From Felis catus (lineage: Eukaryota), in assembly GCF_018350175.1 (NCBI RefSeq), contig NC_058369.1, positions 7,318,001 to 7,382,000 of the forward strand: DNA of 64,000 nucleotides. The letters run 5' to 3'. Shown here one piece after another: positions 36,700 to 50,454 of this stretch. A program made the position numbers and the translations under genes. Each line of letters begins with the position of its first letter. Position 1 is the stretch's first letter. The notes under the pieces were generated by a model. It did not search any database, was not told the DNA's origin, and was given only the letters and a program-made list of their open reading frames with translations.

Positions 36700-39600
36700 G
36701 CTTTAAGGTGGAATCCTCATAGCACATAATTAACCCATTTAAAATGTACCATAGTATAGTCAGAGTTGTGTATCCATCACCACAATCAATTTTAGTACAT
36801 TTTCATAATCACAAAAGGAAACCCAGTACCCTCTGAGCCATAATCTTCCCACCTCACCACCCCCACTCCCCCAGCCCAAAGCAACAATGTAGTTTGGGGT
36901 TTTGTTTGTTTGTTTGTTTTGGTTTTTGTCTCTGGGGATTTGCCTATTCTGACATTTCATGTAAACAGAATATTACAACATGTGGTCTTTGTGTCTGGCC
37001 TTCTTTGACTTCCATAATGTTATCAAGGTTCATCCATGTTGTAGTGTGTACCAGTCTTTATTTCTTTTTCTTACTGAATAGTATTCCACTGTATGGGTGT
37101 GTCACAATTTATCCACTCAATAGTTAAAGGACATTGGGTTATTTCCACTTTTTTTGGCTATTAAAAATAACATGGCGGGGGGGGGCGCCTGGGTGGCTCA
37201 TTGGGTTAAGGGTTAAGTGTCAGACTTTGAATCAGGTCATGATCTCACGGTACGTGGGTTCAAGCCCACATCAGGCTCTGTGCTGACAGCTTGGAGCCTC
37301 CTTCAGATTCTGTGTCTTCCTCTCTCTCTGCCCCTCCCCCATTCGCACCCTGTCTCTTTCAAACATAATAATCAAAACACATTAAAAAATAACATTTAAA
37401 AATAACATGGGATATTTTTTGAACAGTGATCAGAGGAAAATTCATATTCCTAAATGTATCCTTAAAAGTGAGATAATAAAAAATAAATTCCAAGCTAAAA
37501 GATAAACAAAAAAACCTAGAAATAGAATATCAGTGTAACCCAACCTAGAAAATTATATAGGAATTTACACTACCAAAGAGCATCAAGCCCAGATGGATTG
37601 GTTTTTGGTTGAGTGGGGGTGGCAACAGCTTTATTGAGACAGAATTCACATATAATTCATCCGTTTACTTTTTAAAATATTTATTTTTGAGAGAGAGCAC
37701 AGAGGGGGAGGGGCAGAGAGAGAGGGAGACAGGATCCAAAGCAGATTCTGAGCTGACAGCAGAGAGCCCAATGTGGGGCTTGAACTGAGGAACCAGGAGA
37801 CCTGAACCAAAGTCAGACGCTTAACCAACTGAGCCACCCAGATGCCCACAATTCACCCAAAGTGTATATTCAGTGGTTATTATATTCACAGAGTTGTGAA
37901 ACCATTGCCACAATCAGTTTGAGAACAATTTCACCATCCCCAGCTCCCCATCCCATCCCTAAGCAGCTATTAATTTATTTATTGTCTCTATAGATTTGCC
38001 TATTTGATGATTTCACATAAGTTTTAAAAACTATGTGGTCTTTTGTGACAGATTTCTTACACATAGCATAAACTTTTCAAGGTTAATCTATACTGTAGCA
38101 TTTATCAGTATTTTATTAAGTTTATTTATTTACTTATTAACTTAAGTAAACCTTTACACCAACATGAGGCTTGAACTCATGACGCCCAGATCAAGAGTTT
38201 CATGCTCTTCCAACTGAGCCACCCAGGTGCCCCAGTATTTCATTCTTTTTGACTGATGAATAACATTCCTATCAGTTGGTGAACATGTGGGTTGTTTTCA
38301 CTCTTTGGCCGTTTTGAATAATGCTATGAAATATTGTTGTGCAAGTTTTTATGTGGACATGTTTTCATTTCTTTTGGGTATATGCCTAGGACTGGAACTG
38401 CTGGGTCATATTAAACACTAAGTTTAACCCTTGGGGTAACTGCCTGGCTATTTTCCAAAGTGGTTGCACCATTTACAATCTCACCTGCAGTGTGTGAGTG
38501 TTCCAAGTTCTCCTCATCCTTGCCAACACTTAGTATTGTTTTTTGTTTTTTAAAACATGTAGCCATCCTAGTTGGTGTGAAGTACTGTTTCATTGTAGTT
38601 TTCATTTTAATTTCCCTGATGACGAGTGGATATTGAGTATCTTTGCATGTTCTTATTAGCCATTTGTATGTCTTACTTGAAGAAATGTCCATTCAAATCC
38701 TCAACTATTTTTAATTGTGTTATTTATCATTTTATTATTGAACTCTAAGAGTTCTTTATGTTTTCCAGATGTTGGTCCCTTTGCAGATGTAGAATTTTCA
38801 AATTTTTTCTCCCATTCAATAGGTTGTCTTTTCACTTATTTATGGGGTCCTCTGAAGTACAAAACAGTTTAATTTTGATTAAGTGCCAGCTTGTCTATTT
38901 TTCTTTGGTTGCTTATGCTTTGGGTGTGAAATTTAACAAACCACTGTCAAATCCAAGATTACTAAAGATATACTACTATATTTCCTTCTAAGAGTTTTAT
39001 TATTTGAGCTCTTACAGTTAGTTCTTTGATCCATTTTGAGTAATTTTCAAATATGGAATGAGGTAGACAACGAGCTTCATTATTTTGTGTGTAGCTATCG
39101 AGTTGTCCCAGCACCATTTGTCGAAAAGACTATTTGTTCCTCTACTGAATTGTTTTGGTACTCTCATCAAGCATCAGTGGACTGGAAATGCGAGCCTGGA
39201 TACTTTAAATTTTTTCTTTTAACATTTATTCACTTTTGAGAGAGAGACAGAGAAACAGAGCATGAGTGGGGAAGGGGCAGTGAGAGAGGGAGACACAGAA
39301 TCAGAAGCAGGCTCCAGGCCCTGAGCTGTCAGCACAGAGCCGACGCAGGGCTCAAACTCACAGACTGCAAGATCATGACCTGAGTTGGTTAGACATTTAA
39401 CCTACTGAGCCACCCAGGCACCCAAGCCCAGATGTTTCAGATACAGAATTATACCAAACCTTCAAAGTTCATATACTCAAGGTAGTCCATAAGTTGTTTA
39501 AAAGCAATGAGAATGAAGAAAAACTTCCTCATTCCTTTAATGAGATAACATTCATATAAAACCTGATAGGATACAAAAGTAGAAAATTACAAAGCCATAT

Positions 39601-42600
39601 CACTTATATTGATTCAAATGAGCTATGTTAAATATTAGCAAAAAGAATACAAAACCACTAAGAAAATAATAAACCTTGAGCAAGTGGAATTTGCTCTAGA
39701 AATTAAAAGTTTAATTATTAAGAAATCCATTAGCACCTGGTATCTGCATCAGCTGACTGTTCAACTCTTGATTTTGGCTCAGGTCATGATCATGGGGTTG
39801 TGCGATCGAGCCCTCCATCAGGCTCCATGCTGAGTGTGGAGCCTTCCTGAGATATTCTCTCTCTCTGTCTCTCTTTCTCCCCCACTTACCCACTAGCTTG
39901 CTCTCTCTCTCAAAAAATTTTTAAAAGAAAGTCATTAAATAATATACCATATCAATACATCTAAGAAAACAAATCATATGATTATCTCCATAGATGCTGA
40001 TGAAGCCTTTGACAAAATTCAACACCCATTTTTGATATAAGCACTCAAAAAATAGAAACTAATGAATACTTTCTTAAGATGATTGGCTATATTTATAACA
40101 GTGTGTGTGTGTGTGCATGCACATGTGTATGTATATGTGTGTCTGAGTGTGCACTGGTGACATTGGGGAGAAACTAATAAACATAAGAACTGCAAATGAA
40201 GTAAAACTATCTCTTTTTGCAGATGATATGATACTGTTCATGGAAATCTCTAGAGAACTAATGATAAGACTAATGTAAACAATAAAAGAATTTAGTAAGT
40301 TAGCAGGACATGAAAAGCCTCCAGTTAATCAATAACCAGTAAGGTGATATAATGATAGAGAAAACCTCATTTATAATAGGAAAAAAAAAACACCACCAGA
40401 AAGCTTTGGATTAAATAAGCAATGTATAAAACCCATATAAGGAACTTTTAACATAATCTAGAGAGACATAAATGGACTTGAACAAAAGGAAAAACATCCC
40501 TCATTCTTTGATAAAGTGGCTTGACATCATAAAGATATCAATTCTCCCCAGGTTAATTCAGAAATGTAACATAAACCTAATAAAAATGCCAATAAGCTTT
40601 TTTTTTTTAATGGAGTTAGGCAAATTGATACTACCATTTATGTGGAAGAACATACATACATGATGATGTCTAAGAAGACACTGAAAACAAGTGATGAAGC
40701 CCTACTGACACTAAAACAAACTATAAAGCCACTACAATTAAAACTGTGGAACTGGCACATGAATAGGAAACAGCTTCAATCAAATGGAATATCTGGAAAT
40801 CAACCTCAAAACGCGGAAATGTAATTCATAACGGTGGTATTTCAGATCACTGGGACAGAAATGAGTGGTTTAATGAGTGGTGCCAAGATAAAATTACATC
40901 TATCCTTCACACCACTCACAAAAATAAAGTCCAAAGGATTAGGAATCTAAATATATGTGTGCGCGCATGGGGGGGGGGGGGGAGCGAGAGGGAGGAGCCA
41001 TACACATATGTAGGGTATTCCCGTCATTTCCGGGGTGATTCGGGAAAAGGAAATGATCATGAGGTGGCAGTACCACACAAAAGCTTTCTTTGGGCAGAAC
41101 TTCGGCAGGTTTTCTCGTGGAGAAAGTCCCTCAGGTATGAGAAAATACGGAAGCTATAGCGTGAAAGCCACTACCCAGAAAGGGAGGGGGCCAACTCCTA
41201 CTGTAGGAGGTGATCACAGAGGGGGTTTCTGTGTCTAGGCTATGTTGCTTAGCAGCTAGTGGGAAGTCCCTGGGTCAGAAAGTTCGGAAGGGTAGCAGCA
41301 GCTTGGGGGTAGTTATAGCCCCAGGATTTATCTTATCTGCAGCTGTTAGACTTGGGGCATAACTGCGGTGTGTGTGCAAAGCAGGAAGGCTTTGAATGGC
41401 TAAAATATCTCCTTGTTCGAACTAAGTTTAAAACAACTGAAAGTGTAAGAATTTCGCATTTGGAACTGTGAACAATGTTGCTGTGAACCCTGGCGCGCAA
41501 ATATCTATTCAAGTCCCTGACTTCAGCGCCTTTAAAAATTTTTTTTTCAACGTTTATTTATTTTTGGGACAGAGAGAGACAGAGCATGAACGGGGGAGGG
41601 GCAGAGAGAGAGGGAGACACAGAATCGGAAACAGACTCCAGGCTCCGAGCCATCAGCCCAGAGCCCGACGCGGGGCTCGAACTCACGGACCGCGAGATCG
41701 TGACCTGGCTGAAGTCGGACGCTTAACCGACTGCGCCACCCAGGCGCCCCTGACTTCAGCTCCTTTAGATAGATACCCAGAAGTGGAATTGATGGGTCAT
41801 ACAGTTAGTTCTCTGTTGAATGATTTGAGGAAACTCCTTGCTGTTTTCCACAGCAGTTGCACCACTCCACATTCCCACCAGCAACGTGCAAGAGTTCCAG
41901 TTTCCCCACATCCTCACCAGCATGTGTTATTTTCTGGTTCTTGGATAATAGCCATCCTAAGGGGGTGGGGGGGATGAAGCGGTATTTCATTGTGGTTTTC
42001 ATTTGCATTTCCCTAATGATTACTGATATTGGACATCTTCTCATGTACTTTCAGGTACTTGGTCACGTGTAGATCTTCTCTGGAGAAATGTCTATTTGAG
42101 TCCTTTCCCAGGGGCACCTGAGAGGCTCAGTCCGTCAAGTGTCCGACTTCAGCTCAGGTTGTGATCTCACCGGTTCGTGCGTTCGAGCCCTGCATCCGGC
42201 TTTGTGCCAACAGCTCAGAGCCTGGAGCCTGCTTGGAATTCTGTGTCTCCCTCTCTCTCTGCCCCTCTCCTGCCCACGCTGCGTCTCTTTCTCAAAAGTA
42301 AACATTAAAAAATTTTAAAAACAAAGTCCTTTCCCCCATTTTAGTTGGGTTGCTGTTTTTTGTTGTTGAGTGGTAGTTCTTTATCGATTCTGGATGTTAG
42401 CACCTTATCAGATACATGATTTGCAATTATTTCTCCCATTCTTTGGGTGGTCTTTTCACTCTCGTTATTGTCCTTTGACGCACAGAAGTTTGTGATTTTC
42501 AGGGGTGCCTGGCTGGCTCAGTCAGTAGGCTGTGCGACTCTTGATCTTGCGTTTGTGAGTTTGAGCCCCATGTTGGGTGTAGAGGTTGCTTAAATAAATA

Positions 42601-43170
42601 AAACGTGTCTTAAAAAGCTTGTGGTTTTGATTAAGTTCAACTTACCTATTTTTTTTTAATTTTTTTTCAACGTTTTTTATTTATTTTTGGGACAGAGAGA
42701 GACAGAGCATGAACGGGGGAGGGGCAGAGAGAGAGGGAGACACAGAATCGGAAACAGGCTCCAGGTTCCGAGCCATCAGCCCAGAGCCCCATGCGAGGCT
42801 CGAACTCACGGACCGCGAGATCGTGACCTGGCTGAAGTCGGACCCTTAACCGACTGCGCCACCCAGGCGCCCCATCCTATTTTTTTTAATGTTCATTTAG
42901 TTTCGAGAAAGAGTGTGTATGTGGCGGGGAAGGGACAGAGAGAGGCAAAGACCCAGAATCTGAAGCAGGCTCCACGCTCTACACTGTCGGCACAGAGCCT
43001 GACGCGGCTGGAACTCACAAACCGTGAGATCATGACCTGAGCCAGCACTTAACTGACTGAGCCACCAGATGCCCCCCTTTTTTTCTTAATGTAGGCTTTT
43101 ATTGCTAGAAAATTCCTTCTTATACCTGCATTTGCTTCAACTCATAAGTTTTGGTAGGTGTTTTCATTTT
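36700..43170. mobile_element. Mosaic of old L1M fragments on both strands with SINEs
   Basis: Minus-strand L1 3' UTR/ORF2 at 36.7-39.2 kb and 41.5-43.2 kb (e.g. IIREMQMKTTMKY). Plus-strand ORF2 debris at 39.4-40.9 kb. Confidence 0.75.
41008..41460. mobile_element. Possible old ERV LTR fragment
   Basis: Begins TGTAGGG, about 450 bp, G-rich, abruptly interrupting L1 debris. Family not resolved. Confidence 0.4.
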
Positions 43171-43809
43171 CGATTCAAGACTTTTTAAAATAAAGTTTAT
43201 TTACTTTGAGAGAGAGAAAGAGAGAGAGTGCACAAGCAGAAGAGGGGCAGAGAGAGAGGGAGAGAATCCCAAGCAGGCTCCACGCTGTCAGCATGGAGCC
43301 CAATGTGGGGCTTGAACTCGCGAACCATGAGATCATGACCTGAGTTGAAATCAGGAGTTGGACCCTTAAACAACTGAGCCATTTCTTAAATTTTTTCTAA
43401 GTGGAATAGACATAATGTGGTTAAGGAGAACACCCATATTCGTAGGAGATGCACATGAAAGCATTTACGTGTCTGTCATAATGTCTTCAACTTAAGTTTC
43501 AAATGATTCAGCAGGGGGGAAAAATGTAAACTAGGAGGTGGCAAAGGGTTAACAGTTGATAGGTCCAGGTGAAGGGTATATATATTCTTTCAACTTTTGA
43601 AAGTTTTCAAAATAAAAAGTTGGCGGGGGGCAGGCAGGGGAGAATCCATTTGGTCCCAAACAAAATCGTCTTACGATAAAACGAATCCGGACTCTGGAAA
43701 AAAACATGAGTGTTTCCAAGAAACCAGCCTCTCTCTTCATAGTGATCCTGGGAAGCTACCGCTGGATGAAAGAAATGTCACGGATTTACCTCCTCACCCA
43801 AAGAGGGAT

Positions 43810-44320
43810 TGGGGCGCCCGGGTGCAGTCCGCTCAACTCTCACCAGAACCCGCCCACATCCGCAGAGAAGCCAGGATGCACCGACCGCGCCTCCCGCGCC
43901 TGAGCGGAAGTAGCGCGTTTTCCTTCCCACCAAAGGCAGGCCAGTTATTCGCCGGAAGCCTCGCGTGGCAACGAGACCAGACTCGCAGTTTGACCCCGCG
44001 CTTACCACGTCGGCCCGACGCCCTACCCCACTTCCGTTCCAGAAGAGCGGGGGACAGACCGGAAGCCAGTTTAGTCGGCCCCGCCCCCGCACGCGGGGGG
44101 GGGGAACTTCCGTAGAGCCGCTGCGTCCCAGGAGAGCACACTTCCGCTTCCGATCCCAAGGAAAGAAGGGGTGAGGCCCACTGCCTACTAATTAGGGCGC
44201 GGGAATTCTACGCTCCTCCTTTGAGAACCTAGCTGAACACAGTGGTGCGACCAGGCCAGAGGCGTGGCCTGACTCGGGGTTCACAACCACTTGGAGGCGG
44301 GGCTTTGTCCCCGCAAAGTT
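43810..44320. promoter_or_regulatory. Second CpG island, probable bidirectional promoter
   Basis: CpG-rich, with at least six CGGAAG/CTTCCG ETS cores and GC boxes (ccccgccccc ~44079). Minus-strand donor GTG|GTAAGC (GT 44005-44004) and plus-strand donor GGG|GTGAGG (GT 44171-44172). Confidence 0.75.
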
Positions 44321-46016
44321 ATTTCTTTTTCTTCCCACTTGTATCTACAGCCCTATACCATGACCGGCCATGTTCGTAGTGGCAAGCTTGGCAACCCGCA
44401 AAATGTTACACCTTTCCCTTCATTCGTTTTTCTTAAAATGTGCTTCAAGTGTTTGCTTTTTGCAGTTTTGGCTAGTCATTCCTGGATGCTTCTTGCATGT
44501 ATGTGTATGTATGCATTTCACATTGATTAATTATATGATTAATAGAATAATGGTATTTTTATGTGTTTATCATGAGTCTAGCCACCTTGACAAACATTAG
44601 TTCTAATAATTTGTTGATTTTCTTGGATTTTTAAATGGCCTAAATAACTGTAAACAATAATCTATTTTAATGTATTTTTCTTTTCTGCCAATAATTGTAC
44701 CTCATTTCATTTTCCTGGCTTATGGGTTGGTCAGAATTTCTAATAATAGGTTGAGTAATAGCAGTGATTAGGTGGCATCCTTGTCTTGTTTTTGATGTAT
44801 AAAGCAATGGTTCTAAAGTTTCTCCATTAATTATATTTGTAGTGGGGTGGGAATGTCAATGACCTTTAACAGGTGAAAGAAAGTAATTTTTATCCTTGAA
44901 CTGGGAGGAGACTTTATTGTGAAAATGCGCTGAATTCTGTCCAATGATTTCTTAGGCTTCTGTTGATTTAACTTTATAGAATCTTAAGTCATACAAAATA
45001 CTCAATATTTGTGTAGTGAAATTTGTCTGTCCTTTATAGTTTCTGAATAAATTATTGTGCTATCAAAAGGGTGTCCAAACTCTAGGTTATGAAAATATTT
45101 TCCTAATTTTCTTATAGTTTGAAACCTTTATAACAGTAGATATTTAGGTATGTAGTGTGACATGGAAATGGAACTCTGTGCTCCTCCAGATGGGTGGCTT
45201 ATATGTTGCTTTGGTTGCAGTAGTTTTGTAATTTTTAATATCTGTTTACAACAGTTATAGGGATGACGAATGTTGCTTCACATATTAAATTATTTACCCT
45301 CAGAGCTACTCTACAAAATGCTGCTCCTCTCATCCTCAAGTTACAATTAAAAAACAAACTTATGCACAGAGAGCTTACACTTGATTCAGTCTTAGGCAGT
45401 CTGGTCTCACAGTCATCTTGCTTCACCATTGGGTTATTGAACACCATTAAGACAAGTCTTTATTTAATAGATTCTTGGCTGATCTCTGGCATTTATTTCT
45501 CAAGTAAAATTTGAAATCATTTAGTTATTGTTTTACATTTATATGTTAGTCTTAGGAGAACTGGTCTTTCTTTCTTTATATAAATCTTCTCATCCAGTAA
45601 TTATTTTCACTTGTTCAGATCTTTTTTCATTGTACTTGATAATCTGTATATGTGTATCTTGTCCATTTCTTGTTGTATTTCTAATATTTTGAAATCTCTT
45701 CTCCCTATTGAGAATGGAAGTTTTCCCCATATTTATTTCTACATGAAGCTTGTGTGTGGAGGAGGTTGGATGTGTATGTGAGGTGTTGTCTTGTGATGAG
45801 TGCTCCTGAGAAAATTGATGCTAAGTTTTAAAACAGAATATTTTGTGCTTCTATACATAAACCATAACTAAAGATAGAGATAATCTTGGTCTCTTTTTTC
45901 CCACTATTTATAGAGGTTATTTGCAGGAACCAGAATCTGGAAAGCAGTGTTGAATAAGCATGGAATATATGGGCAATTCTGCCTTGTTCTGGATTGAACT
46001 GAAAATATTTTGGCCC

Positions 46017-46546
46017 TGTACCTGAAGCTGCCTGGGGCCCTCTGGCCAACTTAGTAGTCTTTAAGCTTTAGCAAGCAGCCTTAGCTCACATGATTGGTTA
46101 ACCTTTCTTTGTGTATCTATAGATACACAATACATGCATTCTTTCCTAGAAAGAACAGAGTACTTCTAAATGTCGCCAGACCCTCCTGCACCACGCATGG
46201 GCACCAAGGAACTAGACCCCCCTGCATAATCGTTGGGCACTAAAGAACCAGACCCCCTGGCACAATCTCCAAGCACTGAGAAAACATCTGTAGCTGGTAC
46301 CATTGAGTCTGCACATGACAAAATATTACGGACCACTGTACTCCCTTTACTGATTAACTGCCCTAAATTCTTTTAAAAACCCTTGGGCCAGGCAAGAACC
46401 TCAGAGTTGGCCTTTGGACAAGAGTCCACCTTCTCCCCAGGTAGCTTAGCCTCCTGAATAAAGCTCATATTCCTTTCCAATCAAAACTCATCTCTTGAGT
46501 ATTGGCTTTTCAAGCGACAGGCAGCCTAACATGGGTTTCAGTAACA
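46017..46546 (+). mobile_element. Solo ERV LTR
   Basis: TGTA...GTAACA ends, AATAAA at ~46457, and three ~36-bp tandem repeats at ~46178-46285. Confidence 0.72.
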
Positions 46547-46736
46547 GGTCTTCAATTAAATGAATCATTTAATAGAATTATTAAATAAAAATCATTCTAC
46601 TGGTGAAATGTGAATATGGTCTATAGTCTAATAATATTATGCCAATGTCAACGCCTTTGTTTTGATTATTGCACCATGGTTATGTAAGATGTTGTTGTTA
46701 AGGGAAGCTAGGTGTACTAATTTTGTAATTTCTCTT

Positions 46737-47237
46737 TGTTAGGTGAGGTCATCAAGATGTGACCACTGGTTGACCCAAGAGCTGGGCTTGGGCAGTTGGA
46801 GGCTCCTCACCCTTTCCCTTGTCCTTGCGATGCATGTTCCACTTGTTTTCCCCATTCCCAGAAGCTGCCCCAAGGATATAGCCTTGAGACAGAAATGTGG
46901 TGTTGAAACTACCAAGAAGGTATACACGTCTGAACCCGTTAAGGCCTCTATATAAACTTTTAAGATTTGACAGGCAGGTGCTGCAAACTACTTGTCTTGA
47001 GGCTGCCTAAAACAAGCCTCTTAGGTAAATTCCTTTGCCACCTAACTCTTGGTCTTGGGGTCATGAGTTCGAGCCCCACGTTGGATGTAGAGATTGCTTA
47101 AATAAATAAACTTAAAAAAACTTGCCACCTACCAGTCTGGAATCGTTTGCCTCTATTTTTGTCTTTCTCCACCTTAGGGTAAAGGGGCTGGTTTCAGATT
47201 TCACCCAGGAAGCTCCCAAGGAGGTTTTGAAGCAACA
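46737..47237 (+). mobile_element. Solo ERV LTR with a short SINE, inserted in an L1M 3' end
   Basis: TGTT...AACA ends, TATA box (ctatataaa ~46948), 5-bp TSD ctctt/ctatt. The host L1 3' end resumes on the far side. Confidence 0.72.
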
Positions 47238-47462
47238 CTATTGAGTCTAAAATTGTTCCAAAATAAAAAGTGTTTTGTTTTTTTTTAATTATATTATGAT
47301 TGAGTTGGGATAGTGTTCAAACTTCGGCAGGTGCCCAAAATGCCTACTTAACATCTCCACTACCTTGTGTGATGGCCATCCTAATTTTGAGACGGCCAAC
47401 ACGGAATTCATGATTTCCCCCAATACTTGTTCCTGCTTTCCTTCATTTCTTTTCTTTTCATT

Positions 47463-47499
<37 letters not shown>

Positions 47500-47754
47500 T
47501 TACTTCATTTCAATAAGTGACAATTCCATTATTGTAGTTGTTCAAGCTGAAATCCTTGGGGCCACCTTTCAACCTTTTCTTTTTCTCATATCCCACACAT
47601 AATCTACCACAAAATCCTATCAATTCCATGTTCAGAATATTATAAAGAATACAAAAACTATAGTCATAATTAATCCACATATCACCATATATCTACACGT
47701 CACTGGACGTTAGGGCTTATCTGCTTCAGCAGCTGGAGTTACCATAACTAATAT

Positions 47755-47830
47755 GATAGATGAGATAGATAATAGATAGATAGATACAATGATAGATGAC
47801 AGATACAGAGATAGATACATAAATAGATAT
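47755..47830. repeat. Imperfect (GATA)n repeat
   Basis: Directly visible. Confidence 0.8.
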
Positions 47831-49439
47831 CCTTGTGGTACTTGTGTATGTGTTTCTAGACATAGAAACAAAGAGGGGAAGTGCTAAGTCACTGGGTATG
47901 CTGTTTTTTATTTTTCAAATACATCTAGGGGCACCTGGGTGGCTCAGTCAGTTAAGCATTTGACTCCTGATTTCAGCTCAAGTCATGATCTCACAGTCAT
48001 GAGATTGAGCTCTGCGTTGGGCTCCAATGCTGGGCATGAAGCCTGCTAAAGATTCTTTTTTTTCTCCCTCCTGCCCCTCTCCCCTGCTGGCACGCTCTCT
48101 AAAAAAATTAATATATAAAATAAAATACATATAATTATCCTCCAAAGTGGTTGTTACCATTGATACTCGCTCCTATTTGTGTAATAAGGTGTCAGTTTTC
48201 TTACATACTTGCCTATCATTGAATTTTAAAAATATTTGCCATTCTGGGATGCCTGGCTGGCTCAGTTGGTGGAGCATGTGACTCGATCTCAGGGCTGTAA
48301 GTTCAATCCCTATGATGGGCCTAGAGCTTACTTAAAAATAAATAAAATATTTTTTAAAAATAAGAATATTTGCCATCCTGATGGGAGGAAAATAGTGTCC
48401 CAGTATTAATATACTTTTCCCTGATTATTCCTAAGAAATTATGTTCTTTCATCTAATTTCAGGTCTAATTTTATATCTCAACATGTGATACCTTCTCTTT
48501 TCTGTTATTTTTTAACATATCCAACAAGGTGATAGAAAAACCATTTTGGTATTTTTAAATATCTTAAATATATTTTTAAATTTGAGAGAGAGAGTGCGAG
48601 TGGGAAAGAGGGGCAGATGCAAAGACAGGGAGAATCTTTAAAAAAAAATTTTTTTTAATGTTTATTTTTGAGAGACAGAGTTGAGTGGGTGAGGGGAAGA
48701 GAGAGAGGGAGACACAATGTGAAGCAGGCTCCAGGCTCTGAGCTGTCAGCACAGAGCCCAACAAGGGGCTCGAACTCATGAGCTGAGAGATGGTCATGAC
48801 CTGAGCCAAGGTCAGATGCTTAACCAAGTGAGCCACCCAGGTGCCCCAAGAGAGGGAGAATTTCAAGCAGGCTCCACACTCAGCAAGAGGCCCCGGCTCA
48901 ATCCCACCACCCTGGGATCTTGACCTGAACTGAAATCAAGAGTCAAACACTCAACCGACTGAGCAAAAGCCATTTTGTATTTTTATATATTCTACTTTAC
49001 TAATGAATTATATTTACATATTTATTTTTAAATGTTTATCTATTTTAGGAGAGTGGGCATGTGCAAGAAGGGGAGGGGTAGAGAGATAGGAGAGAGAATC
49101 CCAAGCAGGCTCCCTGCTGCCAGCACATAGCCCGATTCAGGGGTCAAACCCACGAACCATGAGATCATGACCTGAGCCGAAACTAAGAGTCTGACACTTA
49201 ACGGACTGAACCACCCAGGCACCCCTGAATTGTATTTACTTATGAAGTTTGACACTGTTTCAGTTGATGCTTAGACCTGCGATCTTGTCTTGATCTCTTT
49301 ACCCACTCTTCCAAAATAAGTTTCTCTCATTTCTGTAAAATGAGAAAATAAGTTTCTCTCATTTCTTAAGGTTCTGCTCAGATCTTTTTAAACAGTGTTA
49401 AACATCAATAATGTTAAAGTGGAGTTTTAAAAAATGAGT

Positions 49440-50087
49440 AAATGAGTAAAACTACTCATCTGATAAAAAATAATAAACCATTACATGTAAACATAAATAA
49501 CATTTTTATTTTGAAAAAATAATATTTTCCAAACCAGAAAATTCAGACAGAATAATTGCACTATTTGATATTTTTGCATGTCTTTAGTGTCTGCTTAACA
49601 GATATAAACAGCTGTATTCTCATATTTGCTTCTACAATCAATCTGTTGTGATTTGTTTTAATTTGAGTATATGAAGGAATTTAGCTTCACAGAGACACAC
49701 AGATGAAAAGAGAAGTGTATTTTTACAGCCTCTTGAGATAACTGTGGACAGTCTTCTTTGATACTGCACCAAAACTAACAAGTGGTCATTTTTAAATTTT
49801 TAATTTTTGTAATGTTTCTTTATTTTTGAGAGAGAGAGAGACAGAGTGCAAGCAGGGGAAGGCAAGAGACAGACGGAGACACAGAATCCGAAGCAGGCTC
49901 CAGGCTCTGACCTGTCAGCACAGAAGCCAACGTGGGGCTCAAACCCACAAGCCGTGAGATCATGACCTGAGCTGAAGTCAGACGCTTAACTGACTGAGCC
50001 ACCAGGCGCCCCAAAGTGGTCACTTCTTAAAGATTAGTTGCAATAGGAATCTAAAACCCTATCAATAAACTTGTCATGCTCTGTCAC
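49440..50087. mobile_element. hAT-Charlie (Charlie1-like) DNA transposon fragment with a SINE insertion
   Basis: AT-rich, with recalled Charlie1 motifs (aaaccattacatgt.aacataaataacat, ttctttgatact.caccaaaact.acaagtggt). SINE TSD aagtggtca. Confidence 0.7.
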
Positions 50088-50413
50088 AAACAAAAACAAA
50101 TGGATTGAGAATTTAAATGTGAAACTGAACTTCAAAAAATGAAGACACTGAAACCAAATACATTTATAATCAGTTGTTTGGGAAGGACTTCTTAAACAGA
50201 GCACAAAAACCTTTATCATTGGGGCGCCTGGCTGGTTCAGTCAGTCCGGCGTCTGAGTTTGGCTCAGGTCATGATCTCAAAGTTCATGGGTTCGAGCCCC
50301 GTGTCAGGCTCTGTGCTGACAGCTCAGAGCCTGGAGCTTGCTTCGGATTCTGTGTCTCCCTCTCTCTCTTGTCCCTCTCCTGCTCATGCTCTGTCTCTCA
50401 GAAATAAATAAAC

Positions 50414-50454
<41 letters not shown>

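Noticed and set aside
43597..44174. 172-aa ORF and overlapping ORFs
   Set aside because: Same CpG-island artefact, with non-ATG starts.
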